64,000 nucleotides of DNA, from IMG/VR virus record IMGVR_UViG_3300025570_000007; one strand, given 5' to 3'. Below the pieces are notes generated by a model. The model ran no database searches, was not told the DNA's origin, and saw only the letters and a list, made by a program, of their open reading frames with translations. The position numbers and the translations under genes are program-made. This stretch comes from a virus. Positions 32,247 to 43,537 of this stretch are shown here, piece by piece (the stretch's first letter is position 1; each line of letters starts with the position of its first letter).

Positions 32247-32417
32247 TTACTTGCTCTCTGCTACAGACTCTTTTCTGTAGTCTGTTACAAGTTTCTTAAT
32301 GTTTCCAATATGCTTACGGGCATTAGCTTGTGACTTTTTAGTTTGTCCTTCATGTCCTAATACAAACGCTTCAAATTCAGCGGTAATCTGTTCAAATAAT
32401 CTTTGTTTTTCACTCAT
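32247..32417 (-). CDS. Bacteroidota histone H1-like (Hc1-like) small protein
   Basis: from internal Met: MSEKQ...KKSQANARKHIGNIKKLVTDYRKESVAESK; resembles the ARK..L.KL..EFRK.S family; may instead start at 32561. Confidence 0.55.
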   Translation of the reverse strand: MSEKQRLFEQITAEFEAFVLGHEGQTKKSQANARKHIGNIKKLVTDYRKESVAESK

Positions 32418-32560
32418 CGGTTCTTGATTTTTTTCTTCTTTTGTTATTTTTGGGTATGCAAATTCGGTCATAATTAACGTACTACCCCTATACGTCCATT
32501 TATCTATTAGACCGTATTCATTCTTGTATTCTACTACTCTTTTTTTTCCTGCAATCTTCA

Positions 32561-34189
32561 TTACATTCCAAACATACTAGGGTCTACTCCTCCCTGGGCT
32601 GCTTTCTTACCTGTACTGTGTACTACTGCCTCAGTTATTAACATTGTCCCTGCTACTGATGCTGCATTCTCTAATGCTAGTCTTGTAACTTTAGTCGGGT
32701 CTATAATACCCTCTAAGAACATGTTTACGCTCATCTGTGTTCTCGGGTTATATCCTGCCCATGCGTCTTGTTGACTCATCACTGCATATTCGATATCTCC
32801 TATCTTATCTTTTGAGTACCCTGCGTTTATTAGTATCTGAGCAAATGGTTTTTCTATCGCTTTGATTGTAATGTCAAATCCGAGTTTCTCATCTCCAGAA
32901 ATACTTTCATCAGAGATTAACTGTGCTAATACCTTAGAAGCGTTTAGTAGGGCTATTCCACCACCAGGTAGTATACCTTCTTCTAAAGCTGCTTTAGTTG
33001 CATGTAGTGCATCGTCTACTCTATCTTTCTTCTCTTTCATCTCCACTTCAGTGTGTCCGCCTACGTATACAATTGCTACGCCCCCTATAAACGAAGCTAA
33101 CCTCTCTTGAAGTTTTTCGATTTCGTAAGTAGATTTGCTTTCATCAATTTGTGACTTAATCTCTTCTACTCTCCTACTGATTGCTTCCTCTTCTCCTTGT
33201 GCATCTATAATTGTAGTATGCTCTTTACCTACAGTCACTTTCTTAGCTTTTCCTAACCACTTAGCGTCGAACTTATCTAACCTCATCCCTCTTTCCGAAG
33301 AGACTACTGTTGCTCCTGTTAGTGTTGCTATATCCTCTAAGACAGCTTTCTTTCTATCTCCAAACTCAGGTGCTTTAACTGCTGCTACTTGAAGAATGTT
33401 CCTCATCTTATTAACCACTAACGTAGATAATGCTTCGGCATCTATGTCATCTGCAATAATGAGCAGTGATTTATTCTGTTGTGAAGCTGCTTCTAGTAGA
33501 GGCAGTAACTCTTTTACTGTACTTAGTCTCTTATCTGTAATAAGTATTTGAGGATCCTTTAGTACTGATAGCATTGAGGTGTTATCTGTAACAAAGTACG
33601 GTGACTTGTATCCTCTATTAAACTGTATACCTTCTACAGTCTCTAAGTATGTGTCTCCTGTTCTTGATTCCTCGATTGTTACAACTCCGTCTCTACCTAC
33701 CTTATCCATTGCTGCTGAGATAAGTTCTCCTACTTCCGTATCGTTGTTAGCTGAGATTGTAGCAACTTGTTTTAGTTGATCTTCTTCGGTAATTTCTTTA
33801 GAAGTGTCTTCTAAGTAGTTTACCACTAGGTGCACTGCTCTATCAATACCTCTTCTCACGTCTACAACATTAGATCCTTTCTTAATAGAACTCAATCCCT
33901 GTTTGTATAACTCTCTCGCTATCAAAGTAGAGGTTGTTGTACCGTCTCCTGCTTGATCTCCTGTTTTAATAGAAGCCTGCTTTACTAGCTGTGCTCCTAT
34001 ATCTTCAACTTTACCTTTCAGGTCTATCGACTTTGCTACAGTAACACCGTCTTTAGTTGACCCTTGGCCTTCAATAATAACATTTCTTCCCGAAGGTCCT
34101 AAAGTCGCTACTACTGCATCTGCTAATTGATCAACTCCGCTAAGTAGTTGCTTTCTTGCTTTGTCTGAAAAAACTATTCTTTTACTCAT
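32561..34189 (-). CDS. groEL: chaperonin GroEL
   Basis: [41 protein letters not shown]. Confidence 0.97.
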   Translation of the reverse strand: MSKRIVFSDKARKQLLSGVDQLADAVVATLGPSGRNVIIEGQGSTKDGVTVAKSIDLKGKVEDIGAQLVKQASIKTGDQAGDGTTTSTLIARELYKQGLSSIKKGSNVVDVRRGIDRAVHLVVNYLEDTSKEITEEDQLKQVATISANNDTEVGELISAAMDKVGRDGVVTIEESRTGDTYLETVEGIQFNRGYKSPYFVTDNTSMLSVLKDPQILITDKRLSTVKELLPLLEAASQQNKSLLIIADDIDAEALSTLVVNKMRNILQVAAVKAPEFGDRKKAVLEDIATLTGATVVSSERGMRLDKFDAKWLGKAKKVTVGKEHTTIIDAQGEEEAISRRVEEIKSQIDESKSTYEIEKLQERLASFIGGVAIVYVGGHTEVEMKEKKDRVDDALHATKAALEEGILPGGGIALLNASKVLAQLISDESISGDEKLGFDITIKAIEKPFAQILINAGYSKDKIGDIEYAVMSQQDAWAGYNPRTQMSVNMFLEGIIDPTKVTRLALENAASVAGTMLITEAVVHSTGKKAAQGGVDPSMFGM

Positions 34190-34490
34190 TGTCTTCTTCT
34201 TCTATTATTGCTAAAATTTCTCTATCTTGTACTATGTAGTACTCTTGACCTTCGAAGTCAATTTTCATAGTCCCTAGTTTAGGAACTAACACTACGGATC
34301 CTACTTCTGCATTTACAGCAATATATGAACCGAATTCAGACATACGTCCTTCTCCAACAGCTATTACTTCTCCCATCTCTGGTTTCTCTTTTCCCATATC
34401 GGGAATTACAATATTACCGTATGTTTGTTCGCCTTCATCTATAGGCTTGATTAACACACGGTCATTTTTAGGTTTAAGTATTTTACTCAT
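34182..34490 (-). CDS. groES: co-chaperonin GroES
   Basis: LKPKNDRVLI, GEVIAVGEG; adjacent to groEL. Confidence 0.95.
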   Translation of the reverse strand: MSKILKPKNDRVLIKPIDEGEQTYGNIVIPDMGKEKPEMGEVIAVGEGRMSEFGSYIAVNAEVGSVVLVPKLGTMKIDFEGQEYYIVQDREILAIIEEEDNE

Positions 34491-34531
34491 CTTTATAATT
34501 AGTTGTTTTATTTAATATACGAAATTTATTT

Positions 34532-34897
34532 TTAATAGTACACTATCTTTACAGGTATGTTGTAGTATTCACACAGGTCTATTGTGCTTTTTGTTCCTTT
34601 TGACTTTCCATCCCAAAATGCTATACATGCATTGCAGTTTTCTACAATAAACCTATTACGTAGAAAACCTGCTTTTTTACCGTGTTTATCCCAGTCAGCT
34701 GGAAATATTAGTTTAGGTGCTTTACATATGTCTGCCCAATCTTCTCCGAATGTATCTGCTCCTGGTGCTGCTCCACTTACTACTAATCCTACTTTCCCTA
34801 TGTAAGGGTCCATTGCTTTGTTAAAGATAGATCTATTCCCAAAATCTCTTCCTCCTACTATTGCAAGCTTTACTCCTTCTACACCCTTAATGCCCAT
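34532..34897 (-). CDS. SLOG/YspA (DUF2493) family protein
   Basis: IVGGRDF, VSGAAPGAD, AGFLRN, FWDGKSKGT. Confidence 0.85.
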   Translation of the reverse strand: MGIKGVEGVKLAIVGGRDFGNRSIFNKAMDPYIGKVGLVVSGAAPGADTFGEDWADICKAPKLIFPADWDKHGKKAGFLRNRFIVENCNACIAFWDGKSKGTKSTIDLCEYYNIPVKIVYY

Positions 34898-37223
34898 CTC
34901 TCCAGTTTATTGATATTTCGGGCGGCGCTTTTAAAGTTACGCCTGGAAGTACTAAGTTGTTTTCCATTATCTCCTGTGCTATTGGTGCAAATTCTTTTGC
35001 TTGATCTTTTCTTACGTTTATAATAAGTTGATCATGCACCTGTGCTTGTACTACAGCATCGATACCCATCTCTATAGCTTTTCTGTTGATTTTTAATGCT
35101 GCTCTGTTTACAACGGATGCAGCTAAACTCTGTAACTGGTAGTTTAAGCAGTTATTTAGTCCATTCTTATAATCTCTATATAATTGGAGTACTTCTGCTT
35201 TTCCATGCACCTCTTCAAGACGTTTTCTAAATCTCCAATCTAGCATTTGATCGCCTACCTTGCTAAAGATTACTTTCACCTTAGGTAGGTGTCTAATACG
35301 CCCTACATAGTTTTTGATATAACCATGTTCCTTAACTTGCACTCTTGATGCTTCCATCCACTCTTTTAGTTGAGGAAATCCATCTAAATACCCCTTAACA
35401 AGCACCTTAGCTTCTTTTTGAGGTATATCCAAAGTTTTACCTAGTGCAAAATCTTCCATTCCGTAGGGTACACCAAGTGCATATCCTTTTGCTTTATTTC
35501 TCTTTACTGGATCAATTTTCTTTAAGAATACTGGAGATTTAGTGTCGGGTGAAACTCCGTTAGGGTAGGTTTTTGTGTCTTGTTCTAATTTTTCAGTCTT
35601 AATTGCAATTGTTGAATAGAAATCCCATCCGTTATTGAAAATATCTTGAAGGTTCTTATCTCCTGTAACTGAGGCGAAGCAATGTGGTTCTAGTGATGTG
35701 TAATCCGCATCAATCAGTAACCTACCTTCTCCTGATATTAGAAAAGCCCTTACTAAGTTTGTATAGTTAACGATAATGGGTACATCTTCTCCTTCTTCTT
35801 TCGGTTTTGGTAGTTGTTGTGCATCTGAACCGTACCTTCCGGAAACTGTTCCGTTCTGTTTATAGTAGAAGTAGTATCTACCGTCTTCGTTGTTATCTAA
35901 AAAACGGTCAATGTATGTCGACTTTATCTTAAGCAGTTTGTTATATATTCTAAGATTTTCTGCCCAGTCGTACGTTTTGGATAGATGCTCTATCATATCC
36001 ATATCAAACTGTTCCTTACCCTTCTTAGTCTTACTCTTAGCCTTAACCCCCATATAGTTAAATACAATGTCTCCTAAGTGATCTTTTGACTGTATATTAA
36101 CTAATTCACCATCATTCTCTTCCTTCCAGAGCGACATAGATATCCTTGCTAACTCAACTTCATCCAGCAGGTTATTATCTCCTGTCTGTAAAAACTCTTT
36201 AACCTTACTGTCTTCAAGCTCTTCTATGTTCTTCTGAGTGAGTGAGTATTTACCTGTCTTTTCTGATCTTGGCAGTGGCAGTGAGTACCTATTTACCAGT
36301 TCTTGAGCCCAATTGCCTTTATGGTTAGGCGGATACTTTTTAAAAGCTGTATCCATTACCCATTCCTTAGCTTCGGGCCTAGCCAGTATACTGCCTATTA
36401 CTACTTTCTTATTTTCCTCAAGATCTTTAGTTATTTCAATTAGAGTCTTATTAAGTAGTTCCATATCTAAATCCACTCCGAAATCCTCCATTGGAATAGT
36501 TACCTCTCTGTAGATTGGCATAACTTCTTCGTTAAAGAAGAAATCTTCTAACCCCTCTTTTTCTAGTACTTTAAGAAAGTGGTAACATAGCCTGTACGTT
36601 AAATCGGTATCAGCTGATGCATATTCTGAAAGTATTTCTAGGTCTGCTTTGAAGATTTCGTAGTTCGCCTTTGTTACACTTCCTCCGTTTTTCTTAATAG
36701 ACTCTTTTAACCTTATTTGCTCTTCGTTAGCTGATTTTTCAACATCTAGTCCGATCTTATCTTGAACAGAGATAGCTAAAGGCTTTAATCCAAAGACTCC
36801 CATACCTGCTCCTTCTTCTTGAACTGTGTGAACAAGTAAGGCTGTATCAACCCAGAGCGATGGTAGTAGGTTAACCCCTAAATCGTTTTTTGTGTAACGG
36901 CAGTCAAAGGAAGCATTATGCATTATAAGCTTTTTACCTATTAACATACCCAGTAACTTAATTGAAAGCTCTCTAGCACTAGTACCGTTAATGAACTGTT
37001 CTTCTAGTACTTGCTTCTCAGCATTCCATACAAGAATAGGTAGGTAAAAACCTACTCCAAGTTTACCCGTAACTGACCATCCTATTACTTTACCTTTCCT
37101 CATATTTAACGAGGTCGTCTCTGTATCGTAGGCTAGTGCTTCCGAATCTGCTATATGTTGAAAGAGTAATCTTAGGGTCTCTTCATCCTGTACTGTGTAA
37201 TACTCTTTTTTTATTTCTTGCAT
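34887..37223 (-). CDS. polA: DNA polymerase, family A, with 3'-5' exonuclease
   Basis: DTETT, HNASFD, GTVSGR, ADYTSLE, RNKAK...YG, QVHD. Confidence 0.95.
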   Translation of the reverse strand: MQEIKKEYYTVQDEETLRLLFQHIADSEALAYDTETTSLNMRKGKVIGWSVTGKLGVGFYLPILVWNAEKQVLEEQFINGTSARELSIKLLGMLIGKKLIMHNASFDCRYTKNDLGVNLLPSLWVDTALLVHTVQEEGAGMGVFGLKPLAISVQDKIGLDVEKSANEEQIRLKESIKKNGGSVTKANYEIFKADLEILSEYASADTDLTYRLCYHFLKVLEKEGLEDFFFNEEVMPIYREVTIPMEDFGVDLDMELLNKTLIEITKDLEENKKVVIGSILARPEAKEWVMDTAFKKYPPNHKGNWAQELVNRYSLPLPRSEKTGKYSLTQKNIEELEDSKVKEFLQTGDNNLLDEVELARISMSLWKEENDGELVNIQSKDHLGDIVFNYMGVKAKSKTKKGKEQFDMDMIEHLSKTYDWAENLRIYNKLLKIKSTYIDRFLDNNEDGRYYFYYKQNGTVSGRYGSDAQQLPKPKEEGEDVPIIVNYTNLVRAFLISGEGRLLIDADYTSLEPHCFASVTGDKNLQDIFNNGWDFYSTIAIKTEKLEQDTKTYPNGVSPDTKSPVFLKKIDPVKRNKAKGYALGVPYGMEDFALGKTLDIPQKEAKVLVKGYLDGFPQLKEWMEASRVQVKEHGYIKNYVGRIRHLPKVKVIFSKVGDQMLDWRFRKRLEEVHGKAEVLQLYRDYKNGLNNCLNYQLQSLAASVVNRAALKINRKAIEMGIDAVVQAQVHDQLIINVRKDQAKEFAPIAQEIMENNLVLPGVTLKAPPEISINWRDGH

Positions 37224-37657
37224 GTTACCTCGTATCTTACTAGTAGTTCTGTATTACTTCTTTGGATCTTATCTCCTTCATTATATGTACCGCTCCATCT
37301 AAATTCGTTTCCGTACCTACTTCCTGATACGAAGTAACAGTCATGAGGTATCATGAAGATTCTTTCGTTTATTCCGTCAATTATCCTGATGTGATCAAAG
37401 CCGTCTTTTTTACTGTCTCCTGCATTACCTATCCGTAAAGTACTTCCATTCATAAGGTAGTTTGTAAACTTAGTTTCTATTCTTGTATTGTCGTCTGTGA
37501 TCTCATCATGACCTGTCCTATTTACAAAAGTATTACCTGCATCTTGTGCTACCTTAACCTCTATTATTAATGCTTGAAATTTAGGATCCTCTAAAAGTAT
37601 GTCGATGTTATCGTCTAACCACTTTTTCAAGTCTCCTTTATTATATGTGTACTCCAT
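37211..37657 (-). CDS. possible PD-(D/E)XK endonuclease
   Basis: GHD...IETK motif. Confidence 0.4.
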   Translation of the reverse strand: MEYTYNKGDLKKWLDDNIDILLEDPKFQALIIEVKVAQDAGNTFVNRTGHDEITDDNTRIETKFTNYLMNGSTLRIGNAGDSKKDGFDHIRIIDGINERIFMIPHDCYFVSGSRYGNEFRWSGTYNEGDKIQRSNTELLVRYEVTCKK

Positions 37658-37936
37658 AACCTTTTTATACTTACTCTAATACTCCCCGTACAGGTCAAAT
37701 TTCTCTGGTTCTGGCGGTGTTGTAGTTATTGTTGTTACTGTTATTGCGTAAAGCTCTCCCTTTAGTGGGTCTAGTTTATAGGAACCTTTATGTTTAGTAG
37801 CTCTCATATAAGCGGTAAGTGCTGGTACTAGTCCTACTATTACATTACTCGGAATAAGAGATACCATCTCCCAGCTATCCCCCGGTGGCTTCCTTGTTGC
37901 TATTAATTCTAAATGTTCCTGTACTTCTTTCATAAT

Positions 37937-38851
37937 CTACTGTTGAGCTGTTTTTTTAAATAACACATCTGTATTTTCGTACCTCGGTAATACACTTTCA
38001 AGAAGATTAACCGAAGATGCCCTCACTGAATGTATGTCTAATCCTCCTCTTCTGTTGTATATGTTCGCTACAAGAAGTTCTTCTGGTTTATATTTCTCAA
38101 GTAACGTACTGTATATGATCTCTGTCACATTTTCGTGGAAATGTTGAGAGTCTCTAAACGAGATAATGTACTTAGTAAGGGATTCTAGTGTAGGTGCCGA
38201 TGTACCGTTTATAAGTATGTAACAGTTCCCTGTATCTTTTTGATTTGTAATCTCACAATTACTCCTTAGGTTAGCTGTATGGAATGTCATAAATGTACCG
38301 GGCATTCCTGGTACTATGTCTTCCTGCAATAATTCAGGGTTTTCCTTATACTCTGTTACGTTATAACGGTTATCATCTACATTATTAAAAAGTCCCGTGT
38401 CTACCGGGTTTGTCTTAAATCTTGCTTCGTGTGCAATATGCAGGGTTGCTGTAAAAGATCCTCCTACTGCTTCAGAAAGATCGTCTTGAATTACTTGCTC
38501 TACCTCTTCTTTACTGCTAAACTTCTCTAAATCGAAAGAATTTAAGTAAAGTTTAAATGATTTTGACTCTACCATAGATTTTGATGAGGCAAGGTACATT
38601 ATCTTAAGTACTCCTGTAACCGGCATGCCGTTTGGACCTATAAATGACATTTCGTATGCATGCCATACTTCGTAACCTACAAAGTCGGTATTGTCAATAT
38701 TTGATTTTGACCTGTTAAGAGATCTTGGAAGAGGTACCAGTAGTGCCTTATCGTGCTCCTTAGGAGTTACGTACGCCTTTACTAGAGACCCGTCTCCTGC
38801 TTTTCCCAAATGTTTAGATGCTAACTCTCTTAGCTGTTCTGATTCGTTCAT
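37937..38851 (-). CDS. queF: NADPH-dependent preQ0 reductase (bimodular)
   Basis: WHAYEMS, VESKSFKLYLNSF, catalytic LRSNC, FHE, RRGGLDI. Confidence 0.92.
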   Translation of the reverse strand: MNESEQLRELASKHLGKAGDGSLVKAYVTPKEHDKALLVPLPRSLNRSKSNIDNTDFVGYEVWHAYEMSFIGPNGMPVTGVLKIMYLASSKSMVESKSFKLYLNSFDLEKFSSKEEVEQVIQDDLSEAVGGSFTATLHIAHEARFKTNPVDTGLFNNVDDNRYNVTEYKENPELLQEDIVPGMPGTFMTFHTANLRSNCEITNQKDTGNCYILINGTSAPTLESLTKYIISFRDSQHFHENVTEIIYSTLLEKYKPEELLVANIYNRRGGLDIHSVRASSVNLLESVLPRYENTDVLFKKTAQQ

Positions 38852-39381
38852 TTTATAAATTCTAATATTTGTTTAACTCTTTGTTTTGGTGAGCCTGTTA
38901 CTGTTAGGTATTCCTGACCTACAAGGTTAAGTCCTTTTAGTGTTGAGTGAAAATGTGCATCTATATTTTTTCTCCAACTTTCATCTACACTCCTTACTCC
39001 ATCATCTACTGATTCAAACTCAATCGGAAAATAAATGAAATGAGTATATTTTCCATGTACTCTCATCCAAGTATCAAAAATGTAATTATAAGTCTCCTTA
39101 CTAATGTCTCTCATATGGTTGGAGTATACAAGAAGATCTAAATAACACCTATCCAGTATAGTATTTTCAGTAGTTAGTAGTGATTCTAGATGAAAAGAAG
39201 ATATTGCTAACTGCGTTTCTGATGTACCTTTCTCATTAATTGGAAATCCGTACTCAGCTACTGTTCTAGTTGATTCATTAATAAACTTATAGTCCGGTAA
39301 ACTACTTTTAAGCAGTTCGTATACCGTAGTTTTACCTGTGCTGCTTGCTCCTACTAGCGCTACTTTATTCTCTAATTTCAT
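38848..39381 (-). CDS. P-loop nucleotide kinase (AAA_28/NadR-like)
   Basis: GASSTGKTT, LDRC, DDGVR. Confidence 0.8.
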   Translation of the reverse strand: MKLENKVALVGASSTGKTTVYELLKSSLPDYKFINESTRTVAEYGFPINEKGTSETQLAISSFHLESLLTTENTILDRCYLDLLVYSNHMRDISKETYNYIFDTWMRVHGKYTHFIYFPIEFESVDDGVRSVDESWRKNIDAHFHSTLKGLNLVGQEYLTVTGSPKQRVKQILEFIK

Positions 39382-39935
39382 TCAAACTTTTTTAATAGAT
39401 TTTTCCACATGTATATACTTCTGTCTCTTAATGTAAGAAATAATTCATCAAGCTCTATCTGAAATGCATTAAATATTTCTGAAGAGATTATAGTGCCTTC
39501 GTCTACACCTGCTACTACTCTGTGTATTACTGCTCCTGCTTCTTTGTATTTACCTGATTTAATCCCTTCGTAAGCCCTTACTTGAGGATCCTTTCCTTTT
39601 AGCTCAGGATATAGGGTTATCAGCCCAGGGTGTCCGTTGTATATTAGGTATTCATCACATATATACGGAGGAAGTATTCTCAACCACCCGTGTAAAGTTA
39701 TTACCGGATTCTTATAATACTCTATTACACCTAGGTAATCTGAAGGGGTTGGTTTATTAGGGAGTGTTATTAGCTTTTGGCTCTCTAAAATCCTGTCATC
39801 TACCGTTCTTAGGTGGTCTGGTCTATGGTTTGTAACTATCGCGTCTGGCCAGTATCCTATACTTTCGGATAGGTCTGCTATCTCTGCTCCTGTTTGACTA
39901 AAGAATGTAATCCAAGGTCTTTTTAGTTTTGTCAT
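39378..39935 (-). CDS. PurN-like formyltransferase (candidate DpdN)
   Basis: NGHPG..P..KG and HRV...VDEG motifs; inside deazaguanine cluster. Confidence 0.8.
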   Translation of the reverse strand: MTKLKRPWITFFSQTGAEIADLSESIGYWPDAIVTNHRPDHLRTVDDRILESQKLITLPNKPTPSDYLGVIEYYKNPVITLHGWLRILPPYICDEYLIYNGHPGLITLYPELKGKDPQVRAYEGIKSGKYKEAGAVIHRVVAGVDEGTIISSEIFNAFQIELDELFLTLRDRSIYMWKNLLKKFE

Positions 39936-40109
39936 TTTATTTTCTTAATAACGTCTTCAGGTTGAACCGGATAGTAGTATTCCCCGTCATACATCCTATA
40001 ACGTGTTTTATGTATCGAATAGACACTGTCTGATTTCATTATTCTCTCAACAGTGCCTTTTATAGTTGATCCTGCGAATCTAAAAGATAGTTTATCTCCT
40101 ACTTTGTAT

Positions 40110-40904
40110 TTAAGTTTTTTTACCATTTGTGAACCATTTAAATTTATGTATATTACTTAAAATCAGATTAGTATCATCTACTTTGTGATTTATAAGTTCA
40201 AATAATTTTTGGGATTCTTTATTCCATAGTCCGTCTTCTCTGTACCCTATTCCTTTAATCCCGTGTACAACCGGATTTGACGTATCTAAAGAGTATATCC
40301 AGGGATATTCTGAGTATAATGAGAATTCCTGTGGTAGTCCGCATCCTAATAAATGGTGCTTCTTTTCTGTATTGATAATACCGTCTTTTAGTAGCTCTCC
40401 AAGTAGCTTTGCACGTCCTAGCATCCAACTAACGTACTTGTTAGGGTGTGGTACAGATTCTGTGTAATACGAGTAATCAAAGGATATAGCTATCATATCT
40501 ACCTTTGCTATCTTATCCATATATTCGTAGCATCCTGCAATACTTTCGTATGTCTTTCCTTGCACTACCCCTATCTTCTTGCCCGGAAGGTCTTTATATT
40601 TGAAGTTCCAGTAAGACATTTGTGACATAGTTTTCTTAGTGTCTTCTAATGCATCAGGAACAATGTACCAAGCCGGCTTAAGAAACTTTACCCATTCTAC
40701 AAACTTGTCTGCATCAAAGGCTTCTTCCAACTCAAAAATAGAGTTATCAAGTATAACCTCTCTTCCATCTTCTATAGCATCTACAAATAACTTAAGATAC
40801 TCCGGGTCTTCTTCAAGTAGGTGTACCAGTGCGTAATCGTAATCAGTTATTGCCTGTACTTCTTTAAAGATTCCTTTCGGACTTTCATGTGCTATTTTAA
40901 TCAT
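40110..40904 (-). CDS. dpdA: TGT/DpdA-like 7-deazaguanine transglycosylase
   Basis: LDNS.FE, PD, GVVQG, HLLG, SLDTS motifs; que-gene context. Confidence 0.7.
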   Translation of the reverse strand: MIKIAHESPKGIFKEVQAITDYDYALVHLLEEDPEYLKLFVDAIEDGREVILDNSIFELEEAFDADKFVEWVKFLKPAWYIVPDALEDTKKTMSQMSYWNFKYKDLPGKKIGVVQGKTYESIAGCYEYMDKIAKVDMIAISFDYSYYTESVPHPNKYVSWMLGRAKLLGELLKDGIINTEKKHHLLGCGLPQEFSLYSEYPWIYSLDTSNPVVHGIKGIGYREDGLWNKESQKLFELINHKVDDTNLILSNIHKFKWFTNGKKT

Positions 40905-41081
40905 CTAATCCAGCGGAGTTATAAACGGAATCTGTCCAGTCTTTTATAGCTTTTTCAAAATCTTCCGTCAATTCGTTATAATTATTTAACATTTCCGTGA
41001 TTGCTTGCATTGCTACAGAATACGGCACCATTTCCATCTTACGTGATTCTACGTATACTTTATGTTTACTTAAATCTACCA

Positions 41082-41522
41082 TTAACTGTCTGATGATCCA
41101 AAGCCTTTTTTGCCTCTTTCTGATTCTTCTATTTCTTCTGTGAATGCTACTTCACAGTCTATCATTTCAAAAATGACAAATTGAGCACAACCTTGACCTT
41201 TTAGAATTGTAACATGACTTGGGCCGTCATTATATAACTTAACTCCTAAATCCCCCCTGTAGCCATTATCTATAACTCCGAAATGAGGCTTAATTCCATG
41301 TTTAAACCCTAATCCGCTTCTTGCTTCAATCCTAAACCAGTAGCCTGGTGTAATTCTAGCTAAAGTGAGCCCTACAGGAACTACTGCTGAGTTTCCTGGC
41401 ATTATTACGGTATCTTCGACTGCAAATAAATCAAAGCCAGCATCTCCAACTACAGGGGATTCATGATTTCTTTTAGGGAGTATTGCGTCAGGGTGTGTCT
41501 TTAAAAACTTTATTTCCATCAT
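41082..41522 (-). CDS. dut: trimeric dUTPase
   Basis: AGFDL, RSGL, GVIDNGYRG, AQ, RGKKGFGSS. Confidence 0.95.
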   Translation of the reverse strand: MMEIKFLKTHPDAILPKRNHESPVVGDAGFDLFAVEDTVIMPGNSAVVPVGLTLARITPGYWFRIEARSGLGFKHGIKPHFGVIDNGYRGDLGVKLYNDGPSHVTILKGQGCAQFVIFEMIDCEVAFTEEIEESERGKKGFGSSDS

Positions 41523-41704
41523 GATTTCTTACCTAATGTTAAAGTTTTCTCAGGAAAGTCTCCTTTTTTGCCCATCCATTCTAGTACTTGAAAATCATTC
41601 TCAGTTAGGAAACTAATATTACGTTTTAACTGTTGAATCATATAATACGCTCTACGTTCTTGTGAGCTGCCTCTGTTGCTGTTTAATCCCATAACTTTAT
41701 TTTT

Positions 41705-42436
41705 TTACTTTTTTGATAACTCTATATTTTTGTAAAATTCTGCTTTTGCTGAATCTTCGTTTAAAAATGCTCCTGTTAGTTTAGCTGTTTGCATTGAAGC
41801 ACCTTGATGCTTTACTCCTCTACAGCTAACACAGTTATGTGTTGCTGATATCATTACTGCTACTCCTTGATTACCTTCACAGATTTTAGTTACTGCATTG
41901 TGAATAGCTACTGTAAGCTGTTCTTGAATAGCTCCTCTTCTTGAGAAGTGTTCTGCTATCCTATTAAGTTTTGATAACCCTACTACCATTCCATCCTTAG
42001 AAGCAATATATGCTATACTTACAGTGCCCATAATAGTCTGGTGATGGTGTGAACACATTGAATTAATTGGTATGTTAGACTCTTGCACTATTCCGTCATA
42101 TCCGTCTGAAGGAAATGCTGTAATTTCTGTTAGTGGTTCAAATCTTCCTGACCATAAATCATTTACGTATGCTTTAGCTACTCTACGAGGAGTATCTGAT
42201 GAGTTTGGATCGTTTCTCCAATCACATCCTAAAGCTGTTAGAAAATCTCCAAAAGCAACTTGTGCTTTTCCTATGATAACATCCTTTTCCTGTTCTGTAA
42301 GCTTTGCCGGTCCTTCCTCCATCGCTGAAAGTGGGTCTTGGTGTTTTGTTATATTCTTTCTCTCTAAATGTAATGATATACCGTTTGCATAACCTGCTTT
42401 TACTAGTTCAGTTCCTTCTATAAACTTTTTACTCAT
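41705..42436 (-). CDS. folE: GTP cyclohydrolase I
   Basis: TPRRVAK, SMCSHH, GLSKLNR, QEQL, HNCVSCRG. Confidence 0.95.
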   Translation of the reverse strand: MSKKFIEGTELVKAGYANGISLHLERKNITKHQDPLSAMEEGPAKLTEQEKDVIIGKAQVAFGDFLTALGCDWRNDPNSSDTPRRVAKAYVNDLWSGRFEPLTEITAFPSDGYDGIVQESNIPINSMCSHHHQTIMGTVSIAYIASKDGMVVGLSKLNRIAEHFSRRGAIQEQLTVAIHNAVTKICEGNQGVAVMISATHNCVSCRGVKHQGASMQTAKLTGAFLNEDSAKAEFYKNIELSKK

Positions 42437-42475
42437 GTTCTCTTAAGTGTTTATTATAATGTATGAATTATTCCT

Positions 42476-42901
42476 CTATTTTACAAGATAATCTTGTATT
42501 GCTTTTGCTTTTACGTCCTCCCAAGGGAAAACCATCCAGTGGTCATCGTAGATTGTCTGGCCTATTAATGTAGGTATAAATCTAGAAGTTCTTCTGTATG
42601 CTAAAGCTGCTGTTATAAACTTATGCTGTGTATATTTCAGGAACGTATCTCCTGTATCTGATATATCATCAAAAATTATAATTCTCTCTTTAACCGAATC
42701 ATGTTCCTGTCCCCAACATGCTGTATGTAACTCTATAAAGGGTATGTCGTATTTATGTGAAAATATAACTGCAGGTATTAGTCCTCCTCTAGGAATTCCT
42801 GTTACGTATGCAGGTATGTTATTCTGTTCTCCTAATTGATCTCCGATTGACTCTATCTGAGTGTTTACCCAGCTCCAGTCGTATTTGACTTTTTGTGGCA
42901 T
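42476..42901 (-). CDS. type I phosphoribosyltransferase (Gpt-like)
   Basis: PRGGLIPA, IIFDDISDTGDT, WMVFPWE. Confidence 0.85.
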   Translation of the reverse strand: MPQKVKYDWSWVNTQIESIGDQLGEQNNIPAYVTGIPRGGLIPAVIFSHKYDIPFIELHTACWGQEHDSVKERIIIFDDISDTGDTFLKYTQHKFITAALAYRRTSRFIPTLIGQTIYDDHWMVFPWEDVKAKAIQDYLVK

Positions 42902-43180
42902 TTTATGAAACGTTTTGAGTCCAGTAGTCTACAGGGCACCTGTAAGATGCTATTTGAGATTTGGATCCTGTATTACCTACTCTGTTTAACTTCTCCTTTA
43001 GGTAGTCCCACTGCTTTGGTGATAGACTATAATGGTGTACTCCTTCTGTGAAGCCTCTTAACCATTGCACAAATTGGTCTTCTGTCATAACTTTATTACT
43101 TTTACTTAAAGAAGAATTCTTCTTATTTTAATATCTAAGGCTTCCCTGCACTGTTACCGTTTCTCAAGGACTTGAGTCAC

Positions 43181-43474
43181 TTAGTAGTACAGGTCTAACT
43201 GCTTTTCTCCCCACTCGTACCGTTTTAGCAGTTCTCTGTCTGATTCTGTTGCAAACATAACTACGTCAAAAGGAATTCGACATGTGACTATGTATTTCCT
43301 TAATTCTGCAAGAGTGACGTACTCTTCCTCAACTCCTTGCCAAGGGTCTTCTGAAATGAGGTATACTGTATATTCATTCGCTTTATAGTCCCATACAGGA
43401 TGTCCTCCTATTGTTACAGTATGTTGTAATCTCTCATCACCGATGGTGGTGATAAGTTCTTTAAAATTTATCAT
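43181..43474 (-). CDS. hypothetical protein
   Basis: 97-aa ORF. Confidence 0.6.
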   Translation of the reverse strand: MINFKELITTIGDERLQHTVTIGGHPVWDYKANEYTVYLISEDPWQGVEEEYVTLAELRKYIVTCRIPFDVVMFATESDRELLKRYEWGEKQLDLYY

Positions 43475-43537
43475 TAATTAATTGTTTTTAATATATAGCT
43501 TGGTAATGTACCTAACTGCATAATAATTACAAAATAA

